Shown here: in pieces, positions 47,107 to 57,147 of the stretch | How the letters are laid out: each line of letters starts with the position of its first letter | Position numbering within the stretch: the stretch's first letter is position 1 | Origin: an uncultured Actinomycetes bacterium | Lineage (GTDB): Bacteria > Actinomycetota > UBA4738 > HRBIN12 | Assembly: GCA_963731925.1 (NCBI GenBank) | Contig: CAVSXK010000024.1 | Coordinates: 64,147-128,146, forward strand | Length of the DNA stretch: 64,000 nt | Direction: 5' to 3' | The notes under the pieces: generated by a model | Told to the model about the DNA's origin: nothing | Database searches by the model: none | Seen by the model: the letters and a program-made list of their open reading frames with translations, nothing else | Program-made: the position numbers and the translations under genes

Positions 47107-47473
47107 GACGACGGTCCGAGACATCATGAGCAAGGACCTGGTCGCGGTCGAACCCACCGCCACCGTCGCCGAGGCGGCGACGCTGATGGGCGGACGCCAC
47201 GTCGGCTCGGCGCTCGTGATCGAGGACGGCCGTGCGACCGGGATCTTCACCGAGCGCGACGTCCTGCGAGCGCTCGCGAGCGACTTCGACGCCGCGCATC
47301 ACCCGGTGGGCGACTGGATGACCCACGACCCCATGACGGTGGACGTGGAGGCCGACGTCCGCACGGCGCGCGACCTGATGCTCGACGGCGGGTTCCGCCA
47401 TCTGCCGGTCCTCGACGGCGGCGAGCTCGTCGGGATCGTCTCGATCCGCGACATCTCCCGCGTCGGGGACTGA
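47105..47473 (+). CDS. CBS-domain pair protein
   Basis: Two CBS motifs (VRDIMSKDLVAVEP; VGDWMTHDPMTVDV). ATG 47105 overlaps the mutY-like start (CATG). Confidence 0.8.
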   Translation: MTTVRDIMSKDLVAVEPTATVAEAATLMGGRHVGSALVIEDGRATGIFTERDVLRALASDFDAAHHPVGDWMTHDPMTVDVEADVRTARDLMLDGGFRHLPVLDGGELVGIVSIRDISRVGD

Positions 47474-47477
47474 CCCG

Positions 47478-47666
47478 CTAGAAGCCGGTGTGCCCGCGTT
47501 CGGGGAGCTCCTCGATCGCCGCCTTCAGCGCCGTCCACACGCTCTTGAACACGTCGCCGGCGTAGGACGCCGGCTGGCTGTTCTCCCCACCCATCGCGCC
47601 GCGAACGGCGGATGCGGTGATCTCCACGGCCTTCTCGAACACTGCCCAGTCGAGCTCTCGTGCCAT
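47478..47666 (-). CDS. small hypothetical protein (62 aa)
   Basis: Clean ORF with protein-like composition (MARELDWAVFEKAVEITASAVRGAMGG...). Confidence 0.45.
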   Translation of the reverse strand: MARELDWAVFEKAVEITASAVRGAMGGENSQPASYAGDVFKSVWTALKAAIEELPERGHTGF

Positions 47667-47718
47667 CTCGGGTCGAACCTCCGCTGTGTCGGTTCGGGAC
47701 AGGCTACCCGCCGCGGCG

Positions 47719-48888
47719 CTACTCGTAGGCCCGGAGGCCGGTCAGCGCTTCACCGAGGATCAGCGTGTGGATCTCGGTCGTGCCCTCGTAGGTGAGGACC
47801 GACTCGAGGTTGTTCATGTGGCGGATCACCGGGTACTCGAGCGTGATCCCGCTCGCGCCGAGGATCGAGCGTGCCTCGCGGGCGATCTCGAGCGCCTCCC
47901 GAACGTTGTTGAGCTTGCCCATGCTCACGTGCTGCGGCAACAGGCGCCCCTCGTCCTTCATCCGCCCGAGGTGCAGCGCGAGCAAGGTCCCCTTGTTGAG
48001 CTCGAGCACCATGTCCGCGAGCTTGCGTTGCGTGAGCTGGAACCCGCCGATCGGCTTGCCCCATTGGACGCGCGTCTTCGCGTACTCGAGCGCCGACCCG
48101 AAGCACGAGCGAGCCGCCCCCATCGAACCCCACACGATGCCGAACCGCGCCTCGGTCAGGCAGGAGAGCGGTCCCTTCATGCCGGTGACGCCGGGAAGCA
48201 CCGCGTCGCCCGGCAACCGCACCTCGTCCAGGACGAGCTCGGAGGTCACGCTCGCGCGGAGCGAGAGCTTGCGATGCACGTCGCTCGCCGAGAAGCCGGG
48301 CGACTCGGTCGGGACGAGGAACCCGCGGATCCCTTCGTCCGTGCGGGCCCATACGATCGCGAGATCGGCGACGCTTCCGTTGGTGATCCACATCTTCGTC
48401 CCCGAGAGCACCCAGCCGTCCCCGTCGCGCCGGGCGCTCGTCCGCATCGCGCCGGGATCGGAGCCCGCGTCGGGCTCGGTCAGGCCGAAGCACCCGATCA
48501 CCTCCCCGCGGGCCATCGGCGGCAGCCACCGCTGCTTCTGCTCCTCGGAGCCGAACTTCCAGATCGGGAACATGCACAGCGACCCCTGGACGCTCACGAA
48601 CGAGCGGAACCCGCTGTCCCCGGCCTCGAGCTCCAGGCACGCGAGGCCGTAGCTCACCGCGTTCGAGCCGGCGCACCCGTATCCGGTGAGATGCATCCCG
48701 AGCAGCCCCATGCCACCGAGCTCCTTGGCGACCTCCAAGGGGAACTCCCCGGCCTCGAACCAGGTCTCGATACCCGGGAGGACGCGCTCGCCGACCCATT
48801 CCCGAACGGTGTCGCGGATCGCGCGCTCCTCGTCGGACAGGAGGTGGTCGACGTCCAAGAAATCGAGGGGTTCGGGTGATTCGGCCAT
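47719..48888 (-). CDS. acyl-CoA dehydrogenase (glutaryl-CoA dehydrogenase-like)
   Basis: 389 aa. ACAD N, middle and C domains. Conserved GCFGLTEPDAGSD, WITNG, YEGTTEIHTLILGE. Confidence 0.9.
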   Translation of the reverse strand: MAESPEPLDFLDVDHLLSDEERAIRDTVREWVGERVLPGIETWFEAGEFPLEVAKELGGMGLLGMHLTGYGCAGSNAVSYGLACLELEAGDSGFRSFVSVQGSLCMFPIWKFGSEEQKQRWLPPMARGEVIGCFGLTEPDAGSDPGAMRTSARRDGDGWVLSGTKMWITNGSVADLAIVWARTDEGIRGFLVPTESPGFSASDVHRKLSLRASVTSELVLDEVRLPGDAVLPGVTGMKGPLSCLTEARFGIVWGSMGAARSCFGSALEYAKTRVQWGKPIGGFQLTQRKLADMVLELNKGTLLALHLGRMKDEGRLLPQHVSMGKLNNVREALEIAREARSILGASGITLEYPVIRHMNNLESVLTYEGTTEIHTLILGEALTGLRAYE

Positions 48889-48980
48889 GGCGGTTCGCTA
48901 GCCTAGCGTCTGACCCGTACCCCATGGCCCGAGGCACGGTCTGAGCGAGGGGCGGCGCTTGCCCGCCGCCACAACCGTAG

Positions 48981-50399
48981 ATGCTGTTTCCGACGACCGA
49001 CTTCGCGATCTTCCTCGCGGTGGTGTTCGCGCTCTCCTGGCTGCTGAACCCGCACCGTGCAGCCTGGAAGTGGTTCATCCTGGCCGCCAGCTACGTCTTC
49101 TACGCCTGGTGGGACCCGAGGCTCGCGTGGCTCCTCGCGCTGGTGAGCACGATCGCATGGGCGTCGGCCCTGTGGGTGGAACGGACGGACGACCAGCGAC
49201 GGCGGCGGCGGCGAACGCTCGCGTCGGTGGCGGCGCTGCTGCTCCCGCTCGCGTGGTTCAAGTACTACGGCTTCTTCGCGCTGAACCTGGCGAACGCCTT
49301 CGAGTCGCTCGGGATGCGCCCGCCGCTGCCGCTGCTCCAGGTGTTGCTGCCGATCGGCATCTCCTTCTACACGTTCATGGCGATCAGCTACGTCGTCGAC
49401 GTCTCCCGGTACCAGATCCAGGTCTCGCGGTGGCTCGACGTGTCGGTGTACCTCGCGTTCTTCCCGCACCTGATCGCCGGGCCGATCGTCCGCGGCGAGG
49501 AGCTGATCCCGCAGATCCGCCGTCCGCGCGATGCCGGACGGATCGACGTCTCGAGGGCGTCGTTCCTGATCGTCGGCGGCCTGTTCAAGAAGATCGTGAT
49601 CTCGAGCCTGCTCGCCACCCAGATCGTGGACCCCGTGTTCGGCGCGCCGAACGCGCACGGCGGGCTCGAGGTGTTGGTCGCGATCTACGCGTACGCGATC
49701 GTGATCTACGCCGACTTCAGCGCCTACAGCGACATCGCGATCGGCGTCGCGCTGCTGCTCGGGTTCGAGTTCCCGGCCAACTTCGACCGTCCCTACACGG
49801 CGGTGTCGCTGCGCGACTTCTGGCGGCGATGGCACATGACGTTGTCGCGCTGGTTGCGCGACTACCTGTACATCCCGCTCGGCGGGAGCCGGCAGGGCGA
49901 GCTCCGAACGGCCGTGAACATCATGATCACGATGCTGATCGGCGGGCTGTGGCACGGCGCGGGGTGGACGTTCGTCGTGTGGGGCGCGTTCCACGGGTTG
50001 GGCCAGGTGATCGGGCGGTGGCGGCACCGGCGGACGGTGGCGCTCGGGATCGTGGAGCGGTCCTCCGCGTGGATCGTGGCACGCAAACGGCTCGTGACGT
50101 TCAACCTCGTCTGCCTCGGCTGGGTGTTCTTCCGCGCGGACTCGATCGGGAGCGCGTTCGAGATCTTGGGTCGGCTCGGCGCGGCGGGCTCGACGGCGCT
50201 CGTGACGCCGATCGTCCTGCTCACGATCGCCGGGATGCTCGGCGCGCAGTACCTCCCGAGCGATCCGGCCGCCAGGCTGCGCGAGGGGTTCGGACGCCTC
50301 GGCCCCGTGCTGCAGGGCGCGGCGCTCGCGCTCGGCCTGTTCGCGATCACGACGCTGGGCGGCCAGGGCGTGACCCCGTTCATCTACTTCCGGTTCTGA
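48981..50399 (+). CDS. MBOAT-family membrane-bound O-acyltransferase (AlgI/DltB/PatA-like)
   Basis: 472 aa polytopic protein with the conserved MBOAT His region (DFWRRWHMTLSRWLRDYLYIPLGG). Confidence 0.9.
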   Translation: MLFPTTDFAIFLAVVFALSWLLNPHRAAWKWFILAASYVFYAWWDPRLAWLLALVSTIAWASALWVERTDDQRRRRRRTLASVAALLLPLAWFKYYGFFALNLANAFESLGMRPPLPLLQVLLPIGISFYTFMAISYVVDVSRYQIQVSRWLDVSVYLAFFPHLIAGPIVRGEELIPQIRRPRDAGRIDVSRASFLIVGGLFKKIVISSLLATQIVDPVFGAPNAHGGLEVLVAIYAYAIVIYADFSAYSDIAIGVALLLGFEFPANFDRPYTAVSLRDFWRRWHMTLSRWLRDYLYIPLGGSRQGELRTAVNIMITMLIGGLWHGAGWTFVVWGAFHGLGQVIGRWRHRRTVALGIVERSSAWIVARKRLVTFNLVCLGWVFFRADSIGSAFEILGRLGAAGSTALVTPIVLLTIAGMLGAQYLPSDPAARLREGFGRLGPVLQGAALALGLFAITTLGGQGVTPFIYFRF

Positions 50400-50405
50400 G
50401 GTGAC

Positions 50406-50720
50406 GTGACGCAGACGTTGGAGCGGGTCGTCGTGGCGCGGGAGGCGAGGGCTCCCGAGCCTCCAGAGCCCGAGCCGCGGCGCGCCTCCGCGCGGGACGT
50501 GTTCGTGACCATCGTCGTGTGCCTGTCGCTGTGGGCCCTGCTCGCCGCGCCGCTCCTGGAGCGCAACGCCGAGGCCGGACCGGTCGGCGCCCGCCGGTCT
50601 GCGGCGCTCACGCTCCTGCGCCCGCTGGTCGCGCTCTCGGACAGGTTGCTGCTGTCTCGCGCGACGAGCTCGGTCGAGCGAGCGCTCGGCCGGGACCCCG
50701 AGACGCGCGCCCGGCGGTGA
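50406..50720 (+). CDS. small single-TM protein; possibly the N-terminal anchor of the downstream SGNH protein separated by a frameshift
   Basis: TM helix VFVTIVVCLSLWALLAAPLL. The +1 frame just downstream of its stop runs continuously into the SGNH ORF (…[29 protein letters not shown]…). Confidence 0.4.
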   Translation: MTQTLERVVVAREARAPEPPEPEPRRASARDVFVTIVVCLSLWALLAAPLLERNAEAGPVGARRSAALTLLRPLVALSDRLLLSRATSSVERALGRDPETRARR

Positions 50721-50772
50721 GCTGGCCCTGCCGGCGTTCGACCTTCCGGCCGAGGAGTTCGAGTCGACGCGC

Positions 50773-51552
50773 GTGCCGCCGGGGCCATCTGCGGGATCCG
50801 AGCCCACGACTGCCGAGCCGCCGGCCAGCGCGGACGACGAGGACCAACCAGCGGAGGGACCCACGGCCCCGAACCCCATCCGAACCCCCAGCCCCTCGAA
50901 CAAGCTCCGCGTGGCCGTGATCGGCGACTCGCTCTCGCAGGGGCTGGGGCCGGCGATCGAGCGGTGGATGAACCCGGGCGTCGTCCGCGTGCTCTCGCTC
51001 GGACGCCCGTCGACCGGGCTGTCGCGCGAGGACTACTTCAACTGGCGGTCGGGCATGCGCCTGATCGTCGAGGAGTTCCGCCCCGACCTCGTGTTCGTGA
51101 TGCTCGGAAGCAACGACGCGCAGGCGCAGATCTCGCGCGACGGCGCCGCGATCCCGGTCGGCAGCGCGGACTGGATGGAGGGGTACCGGGAGCGGGCGGC
51201 CGAGCTCCTGCGCGAGGCGACGCGAGCCGGAACCCACGTCGTGTGGGTGGGGATCCCGATCGTGAAGGAGCGGGAGCGCTGGGACTTCTACCGTCGCGTG
51301 AACGACATCTACCGAGACACGGCGAACGCCGACCCGTTCGGCACCTTCGTGGACTCGTGGGAACCGTTCGAGGCCCGGGACGGCGGCTACACCGCGTTCG
51401 TCCGAAACGAGCGCGGCGGCTTGGTGGAGGTACGGGCACCCGACGGCGTGCACTTCACGTCGACGGGCTACGGGTTCCTCGGCAAGATGGCGATCCGCGC
51501 CGCAGACGAGGCCTTCGGGATGCCCAAGAAGGCCGTGTCGTTCCACGTCTGA
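50773..51552 (+). CDS. SGNH/GDSL-hydrolase-fold protein (DUF459 / AlgJ-PatB-like O-acyltransferase partner of MBOAT)
   Basis: Block I GDSLSQG. Block II region. Block V DGVHF. Follows the MBOAT gene. Confidence 0.8.
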   Translation: MPPGPSAGSEPTTAEPPASADDEDQPAEGPTAPNPIRTPSPSNKLRVAVIGDSLSQGLGPAIERWMNPGVVRVLSLGRPSTGLSREDYFNWRSGMRLIVEEFRPDLVFVMLGSNDAQAQISRDGAAIPVGSADWMEGYRERAAELLREATRAGTHVVWVGIPIVKERERWDFYRRVNDIYRDTANADPFGTFVDSWEPFEARDGGYTAFVRNERGGLVEVRAPDGVHFTSTGYGFLGKMAIRAADEAFGMPKKAVSFHV

Positions 51553-51567
51553 GCGCCGTCCGCCAGG

Positions 51568-51597
51568 TGTCGAAACTCAGCCCATCCGTTCGTCGTT
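51568..51597 (+). promoter_or_regulatory. candidate ECF-type promoter (TGTCGAAAC-N17-CGTT) upstream of the second yciI-sigma module
   Basis: GAAAC (51572-51576) followed by a 17-nt spacer then CGTT (51594-51597), ~70 nt upstream of ATG 51665. A similar TGTCGAGAAC element occurs upstream of the first yciI (26616-26626). Confidence 0.25.
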
Positions 51598-51664
51598 AGG
51601 GTGGGTCGGCCACCCGGCCGCCGAGTCGGCCACGGAGCAGGGCCATGAGCAGAAGGAGGACGGC

Positions 51665-52034
51665 ATGCAATACATCTTGCTGATCTACGGGGATGAAACC
51701 GCGGGCACCGCCATGTCACCCGAGGATCAGGGGAAGCGCCTGCAGGAGTGGGATGACTACACCCAGTGGCTGAAGGACAAGAACTACTACGTGGGCGGCG
51801 ACGCGCTGCATCCCACCCAGGACGCGACCACGGTTCGCGTTCGCGACGGCAAGACGATCACGACGGACGGGCCGTTCGCCGAGACCAAAGAGCAGCTCGG
51901 CGGCTACTACCTCGTCGACTGCCCGAGCCTGGACGAGGCGATCGAGGCGAGCGCGCAAGCTGCCGATCGGATACCGGGGCTCGGTCGAGATCCGGCCGGT
52001 CATGGTGTTCGACGAGGAGGACCACCCGTCGTAG
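51665..52034 (+). CDS. YciI-like protein; frameshifted in the G-run at ~51978
   Basis: N-terminus [11 protein letters not shown]...[38 protein letters not shown] in frame 2. The canonical C-terminus [18 protein letters not shown] is in frame 0 and ends at TAG 52032-52034. Confidence 0.65.
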
Positions 52035-52036
52035 CG

Positions 52037-53269
52037 ACCGCGACCGCAGCCGTCGTCGACCGCCTGTTCCGGACCGAGCAGGGGCGGGCGGTCGCGACGA
52101 TGATCCGCGTCCTGGGCGACTTCGACCTGGCCGAGGACGCGGTGCAGGACGCGTTCGCGCAGGCGATGCGGGTGTGGCCGGAACGCGGGATCCCCGACAA
52201 CCCCGGCGCGTGGATCACCACGACCGCGCGCAACCGAGCGATCGACCGGCTGCGGCGTGAGCGGACCCTTCGCGAGAAGACGGGGCAGCTCGGCGCGCTC
52301 GAAGCGCTCGAGTCGCTCGGAGGAGACGAGACCGACGTGAGCGGCATCCCCGACGACCGGCTCCGGCTGATCTTCACCTGCTGCCACCCGGCCCTGCGGA
52401 TGGATGCGAGGGTCGCGCTCACGCTGAGGACCCTGGGCGGGCTCACCACGGGCGAGATCGCACGAGCGTTCCTGGTCCCCGAGCCCACGATGGCGCAGCG
52501 CCTCGTCCGGGCCAAGCACAAGATCCGCGAGGCCGCGATCCCCTACCGTGTGCCCCCGGCCGAACTCCTGCCCGAGCGCCTTCCCGGTGTGCTCGCCGTC
52601 CTGTACCTGGTCTTCAACGAGGGATACGCCGCCACGTCGGGTCCGCTCGTTCGGACGGAGCTCTGCGACGAGGGGATCCGGCTCGCCCGCGTCCTCGTGA
52701 CGCTGATGCCCGACGAACCCGAGGCGGCGGGCCTGCTCGCGCTCATGCTGCTGCAGCACTCGCGGCGCGACGCCCGGACGGATCAGCGGGGGACGATGAT
52801 CCTGCTGGAGGACCAGGACCGGGCCAGGTGGGACCACGCGATGATCGACGAGGGCCTCGCCACGCTCGACGGGGCGCTCGTCGCTCGACGACCGGGGCCG
52901 TACCAGCTACAAGGAGCGATCGCCGCGCTCCACGCCCGAGCGCCCCGACCGGAGGACACGGACTGGCCACAGATCGCGGCGCTCTACGACCGGCTCGCCG
53001 AGACCTCGCCCTCACCCGTCGTCGAGCTCAACCGCGCGGTCGCGATCGCGATGGCCGACGGTCCCGAACGCGGGCTCGCGCTCTTCGTCCCGCTCGAAGG
53101 CGAGCTGGACGGCTACCACTTGTTCCACGCGGCTCGGGCGGACCTGTTCCGGCGGCTCGAGCGCAACGAGGATGCCGCGGCCGCGTACCGTCGAGCGCTC
53201 GAGCTCGTGACGAACCCCCAACAGCGCTCCTACCTCGAGCGCCGGCTCGCCGAGGTCACAGGTTCTTGA
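52037..53269 (+). CDS. ECF-type sigma factor paralog with DUF6596-like C-terminal extension (start codon unresolved)
   Basis: Colinear with the 27597 sigma: [66 protein letters not shown]. No ATG/GTG/TTG between the yciI stop and the conserved N-terminus. Confidence 0.7.
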   Translation, partial: TATAAVVDRLFRTEQGRAVATMIRVLGDFDLAEDAVQDAFAQAMRVWPERGIPDNPGAWITTTARNRAIDRLRRERTLREKTGQLGALEALESLGGDETDVSGIPDDRLRLIFTCCHPALRMDARVALTLRTLGGLTTGEIARAFLVPEPTMAQRLVRAKHKIREAAIPYRVPPAELLPERLPGVLAVLYLVFNEGYAATSGPLVRTELCDEGIRLARVLVTLMPDEPEAAGLLALMLLQHSRRDARTDQRGTMILLEDQDRARWDHAMIDEGLATLDGALVARRPGPYQLQGAIAALHARAPRPEDTDWPQIAALYDRLAETSPSPVVELNRAVAIAMADGPERGLALFVPLEGELDGYHLFHAARADLFRRLERNEDAAAAYRRALELVTNPQQRSYLERRLAEVTGS

Positions 53270-53876
53270 CGAGGTAGTTCATCACGGCCCCCACGGCGAT
53301 CGGCCCGTCGTCCCCGATCAGGTCGGTGCTCGAGACGAACGGCCCGTGCGCGTGGGCGTAGCCGAGCCGCTCGTAGAGCGCTCGCGCGGGGGCGGCGTCG
53401 TCGTCGAGCGAGACCGAGAGTCCGATCCTCGGGAGCCCCCGGTCCCGAACGGCCTCCTCGAGCACGGCCATCAGCGCCGACGCGACGCCGAGCCGACGCC
53501 TCGGACGCGTCACGAAGACGTCGCGCACCTCCGCGCACCCCTCGCGAACCGCCGACGTCGAGAGCTCCTCGTGTTCGGGGAACAGCACCATCCCACGACC
53601 ACCCGGCACGTCGCCGAACCACGCGATCGCCTCCACGAGCTGGCCGCGGTCCTGCGCCTGGAGCCGCTGCGCGTACTCCTGCGCGTTCCACACCGGGAGC
53701 CGGTCGTTCAGGACCCCGAAGTCCCCGGCCGCGAGGTGGCGGATCTGGAACGCGCCGGTGGGCCTCGTCGCTCCGAGATCGCCCGCTCGTGCCGCGATCG
53801 CCCTCAGTCCTCCTTCGCGACCGGATAGGCGCGGCTCTGGTAGTCGTACGCGTCGCGCTGGCCCGACACGTGCCAC
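53256..53876 (-). CDS. GNAT-family N-acetyltransferase
   Basis: Acetyl-CoA binding motif region (…[33 protein letters not shown]...YERLGY). GTG start as in track; overlaps the zwf 3' end by ~70 nt, so the true start may be internal. Confidence 0.65.
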   Translation of the reverse strand: MARVGPARRVRLPEPRLSGREGGLRAIAARAGDLGATRPTGAFQIRHLAAGDFGVLNDRLPVWNAQEYAQRLQAQDRGQLVEAIAWFGDVPGGRGMVLFPEHEELSTSAVREGCAEVRDVFVTRPRRRLGVASALMAVLEEAVRDRGLPRIGLSVSLDDDAAPARALYERLGYAHAHGPFVSSTDLIGDDGPIAVGAVMNYLVKNL

Positions 53877-55279
53877 TTGCGGGGCGCGAGGAGCTCATCG
53901 GCCTCTGGCGGACCCCACGTCCCCATCGGGTACATGCAGATCGGCGTCGGGTGCTCGAGCACCGGCTCGAGGATCTCCCATGCGCGCTCGACGCCGTCCT
54001 GCCGGATGAACAGGGAATGGTCGCCGCGCATCGCCTCCAGCAGCAGCAGCTCGTACGCGTCGGCGATCTCCGCGTGCGCGAAATCCTCCGCGTAGTCGAA
54101 ATCCATCGTGGCGCGATCCAGGTGCATCCCGTGGCCGGGGCGTTTGGCGTTGAAGGCGATCGTGATGCCCTCGTTGGGCTGCACACGGATCGTGAGATGA
54201 CTGCGCATCGGCAGTTCCATGTCGGTGCCGGAGAAGACGTTGAACGGCACCTTGTTGAACTTGAGCGTGATCTCGCTCACCTTGTCCTTGAGGCCCTTGC
54301 CGGTCCGAAGGAAGAACGGGACGCCGGCCCACCGCCAGTTGTCGATGTCGAGCTCCATCGCGGAGAAGGTCTCGGTCGTCGAGTCCTTCGCCACGCCGGG
54401 CTCGTCTCGATACCCGAGGTACTGGCCCCGAACCACGTGATCGGGGCTCGCGATCTCGGTAGAGCGGAGCGCCTTCACCGTCTCGTCGCGCAGCCGGTCC
54501 GGCTCGAACGACACCGGGGGCTCCATCGCGACGAACGTCATCACCTGGAACAGGTGCGTCGAGATCATGTCCCTGATGTTGCCCACCTGCTCGTAGAACG
54601 CCCCACGACCCTCGATCCCGATCTTCTCGGCGACCGTGATCTGCACGTGGTCGATGTACCGGCGGTTCCAGATCGGCTCGAACATCCCGTTCGCGAAGCG
54701 GAAGGCCAGGATGTTCTGCACGGTCTCCTTGCCGAGGTAGTGGTCGATGCGGAAGACCTGCGTCTCGTCGAAGACCGAGTGGATGACCTCGTTCAGCTCG
54801 CGCGCGCTCTGCAGGTCTCGGCCGAACGGCTTCTCCAAGACGATCTTCGCGTCCTTCTGCAGCCCGGCCTCGCCGAGCCGGTGGACGATGTCCGCGTACA
54901 CGGCCGGCGGCACGGCCGCGTCGAAGAACCGGCGCCCCTCCGTGCCGAACTCGGCGTCGAGCTTCTCGAGGTAGGTCGCGAAGTCGTTCATCGCACCGGG
55001 CTCCGAGAAATCGCCCTGGTAGTACGACAGACGGCGGGCGAACTCGTCCCAGGTCTCGCCCTCGGGTGCGTGGTTGGAGAACTCCTTGAGGCTGTCGAAC
55101 GTGTGCCGGCGGAACTCCTCGGTCGTCATCGGAGACCGCGCGTAGCCGACGAGCGCGAAGCCGTTCGGCAGCCGCCGCTCGAGCCACAGGTGCCAGAACG
55201 CGGGCAGCAGCTTCCGCTTGGTGAGATCGCCCGACGCGCCGAAGATCACGACCGCCTGCGGGAGCAGCTCTGACGACAT
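53804..55279 (-). CDS. zwf: glucose-6-phosphate 1-dehydrogenase
   Basis: From ATG 55279: AVVIFGASGDLTKRKLLPA (NADP site). IDHYLGKE active-site motif. RYIDHVQIT. 491 aa. Confidence 0.9.
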   Translation of the reverse strand: MSSELLPQAVVIFGASGDLTKRKLLPAFWHLWLERRLPNGFALVGYARSPMTTEEFRRHTFDSLKEFSNHAPEGETWDEFARRLSYYQGDFSEPGAMNDFATYLEKLDAEFGTEGRRFFDAAVPPAVYADIVHRLGEAGLQKDAKIVLEKPFGRDLQSARELNEVIHSVFDETQVFRIDHYLGKETVQNILAFRFANGMFEPIWNRRYIDHVQITVAEKIGIEGRGAFYEQVGNIRDMISTHLFQVMTFVAMEPPVSFEPDRLRDETVKALRSTEIASPDHVVRGQYLGYRDEPGVAKDSTTETFSAMELDIDNWRWAGVPFFLRTGKGLKDKVSEITLKFNKVPFNVFSGTDMELPMRSHLTIRVQPNEGITIAFNAKRPGHGMHLDRATMDFDYAEDFAHAEIADAYELLLLEAMRGDHSLFIRQDGVERAWEILEPVLEHPTPICMYPMGTWGPPEADELLAPRKWHVSGQRDAYDYQSRAYPVAKED

Positions 55280-55605
55280 CACCAACTCCCTTCGGATGGT
55301 GGCCCGACCTCGATCCACTCGTCGGTCACACGGACCGTGTACACGGGCACGGGATCGACCGCCGGTCCGCCGACGGGCTCCCCGGTCGCCAGGTCGAACT
55401 CGCTCTCGTGGCACGGGCACACGACGGTGTCCTCCTGTTCGCCGAGCTTGCCCTCGGCGAGCGAGCATCCCTCGTGCGTGCACTCGTCGCCGAACACGAA
55501 CAGCTCGTTCTCGATGTGTGCGATCGCCACACGCAGACCGGGGAGGTCGAAGGAGCGGAGCTCCCCCTCGGGGACCTCGGCCAGCGACCCCACCCGCCGG
55601 TACAT
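55279..55605 (-). CDS. Rieske [2Fe-2S] domain protein
   Basis: CXH...CXXH: CTHEGCSL and CPCHESEF. 108 aa from ATG 55605. Stop overlaps the zwf start (TGATG). Confidence 0.7.
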   Translation of the reverse strand: MYRRVGSLAEVPEGELRSFDLPGLRVAIAHIENELFVFGDECTHEGCSLAEGKLGEQEDTVVCPCHESEFDLATGEPVGGPAVDPVPVYTVRVTDEWIEVGPPSEGSW

Positions 55606-55675
55606 CTCGTCCACGCGTGCATCTTCGCCCAAACGAAGGTCTCCGGCACCGGCGTCTGTCTGCGAGGCCTCCGCT

Positions 55676-56437
55676 TTACGCGCCGAGGGTCGCGCTCGGG
55701 TCCGACGAAGGCTCCCCGACGGGGGCGCTCTTCTGGCCATCGGCCCCGACGATCGCGATCGCGTCGCGGTCCGCCTCGGCCGCGACGACCCTGATGAGCG
55801 CGGACCACACCCGTTGCGCGAGGGTGACCGCACCCAGCACGGTGAGGATCGCGAGCGCCGGCAGGAGTGCGCCGGGCACCGGTAAACCGATCATCATCGC
55901 GACGTACCGTTCGAGTCGCTGGAAGTAGCCCTCGGTGAGCTCGGCGCCGGCGGCCTCCGCCTCGGCGCGCACGTGGCTGACGCAGAGCGCGATCACGAGC
56001 GTCAGCAGCGCAAGCGCCGCCTCCAGGCGGAGTCCCTGGCCGGCGAGCGACCAGAACAGGCACCCGAACAGGATCACGTCGGCGACGCGATCGAGGACGG
56101 AATCGAGGAACGCACCCCAGCGGCTCGCCTCTCCTCGGAGGCGAGCGACGGCGCCGTCGAGGATGTCGAACAGCCCGGCGGGGATCAGCAACAGCCCGGC
56201 GAGCAGGAACTGGCCGCGCAGGAGGGAAGCTCCGACCCAGACGTTCGTGACGAGCCCGAGCAGCGTCAGGTGCCACGGCCGGAACCCGGCCCGGTAGACC
56301 CCGAGCAGGATGACCCGGTACGGCCAGGTGAAGGCCCAGCGCATCGGCCGGGCCGCCACGCCTTCGGCCAGCCTGGGCGCCGGCATGTCGCGGATGCGCG
56401 TCGCCTGGATCGGCTCGTCGGGCTGGGTTCGGCTCAT
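55676..56437 (-). CDS. CDP-alcohol phosphatidyltransferase family protein (PgsA/PIS-like)
   Basis: Signature D-G-x2-A-R...G...D...D (LFDILDGAVARLRGEASRWGAFLDSVLDRVADV). Multiple TM helices. Confidence 0.8.
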   Translation of the reverse strand: MSRTQPDEPIQATRIRDMPAPRLAEGVAARPMRWAFTWPYRVILLGVYRAGFRPWHLTLLGLVTNVWVGASLLRGQFLLAGLLLIPAGLFDILDGAVARLRGEASRWGAFLDSVLDRVADVILFGCLFWSLAGQGLRLEAALALLTLVIALCVSHVRAEAEAAGAELTEGYFQRLERYVAMMIGLPVPGALLPALAILTVLGAVTLAQRVWSALIRVVAAEADRDAIAIVGADGQKSAPVGEPSSDPSATLGA

Positions 56438-56487
56438 CTGACCCCGGTTCCGAGGCTATCGCCGCGGCGACGACGCCGCCATCCGGC

Positions 56488-57021
56488 TCAGTCTCTCGGC
56501 TCGAAGGCGACGACCAGGTAGTGGAACGTTCCACCCGGCGCCTCGTAGGCGATCCGGTCCTCGAGCGCCGCGCCCAGGAGCGCGTTCCCGAGCGGCGAGG
56601 TGGTCGTGATCGTCCGAACGCCGTTCGCGCGCTCCTCGGCGGACTCGGCGAGCAGGTACGTCTCGTCCTCTGGCTCGTCGTCCTCGGCCGGCCGGAGCGT
56701 GACCAGCATCCCCGAGGCCACCACGTCGGAGTCCTGCGGGTGCTCGATGATCTCCGGATCGCGGAGCATCCGCTGGAGGTTGCGGATCCGCGACTCCATC
56801 AGCGCCTGTTCGTTCTTCGCGGCGTCGTACTCCGCGTTCTCACGGATGTCGCCGTGCTCGCGAGCGGCCTTGAGCCGTTCGGCGATGTTCGTCCGGCCCG
56901 CGGTCGTCAGCTCGTCGAGCTCGCCCCGCAGACGCAGGTACGCATCGAGGGTGAGCGTGGACGTGGGCTGCTGTCCCGACTTCCGGGCGGGGCGATTGGC
57001 CAGCTCTTCGGGCAGTTCCAT
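56488..57021 (-). CDS. greA: transcription elongation factor GreA
   Basis: 177 aa from ATG 57021. N-terminal coiled-coil with acidic tip (DIRENAEYDAAKNEQ). C-terminal FKBP-like domain. Confidence 0.85.
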   Translation of the reverse strand: MELPEELANRPARKSGQQPTSTLTLDAYLRLRGELDELTTAGRTNIAERLKAAREHGDIRENAEYDAAKNEQALMESRIRNLQRMLRDPEIIEHPQDSDVVASGMLVTLRPAEDDEPEDETYLLAESAEERANGVRTITTTSPLGNALLGAALEDRIAYEAPGGTFHYLVVAFEPRD

Positions 57022-57147
57022 GAGACCGGCGAGCCTACCAATTCGGGCCGGAAGCTCCCGGTTCGGGTCCGAGATCGCCCAGCCTGCGGGGGATCGCTGC
57101 CGGGACGAGGTGCGTATGCTCGGCCCGTCGCTGAACGGGAGGGCTCG

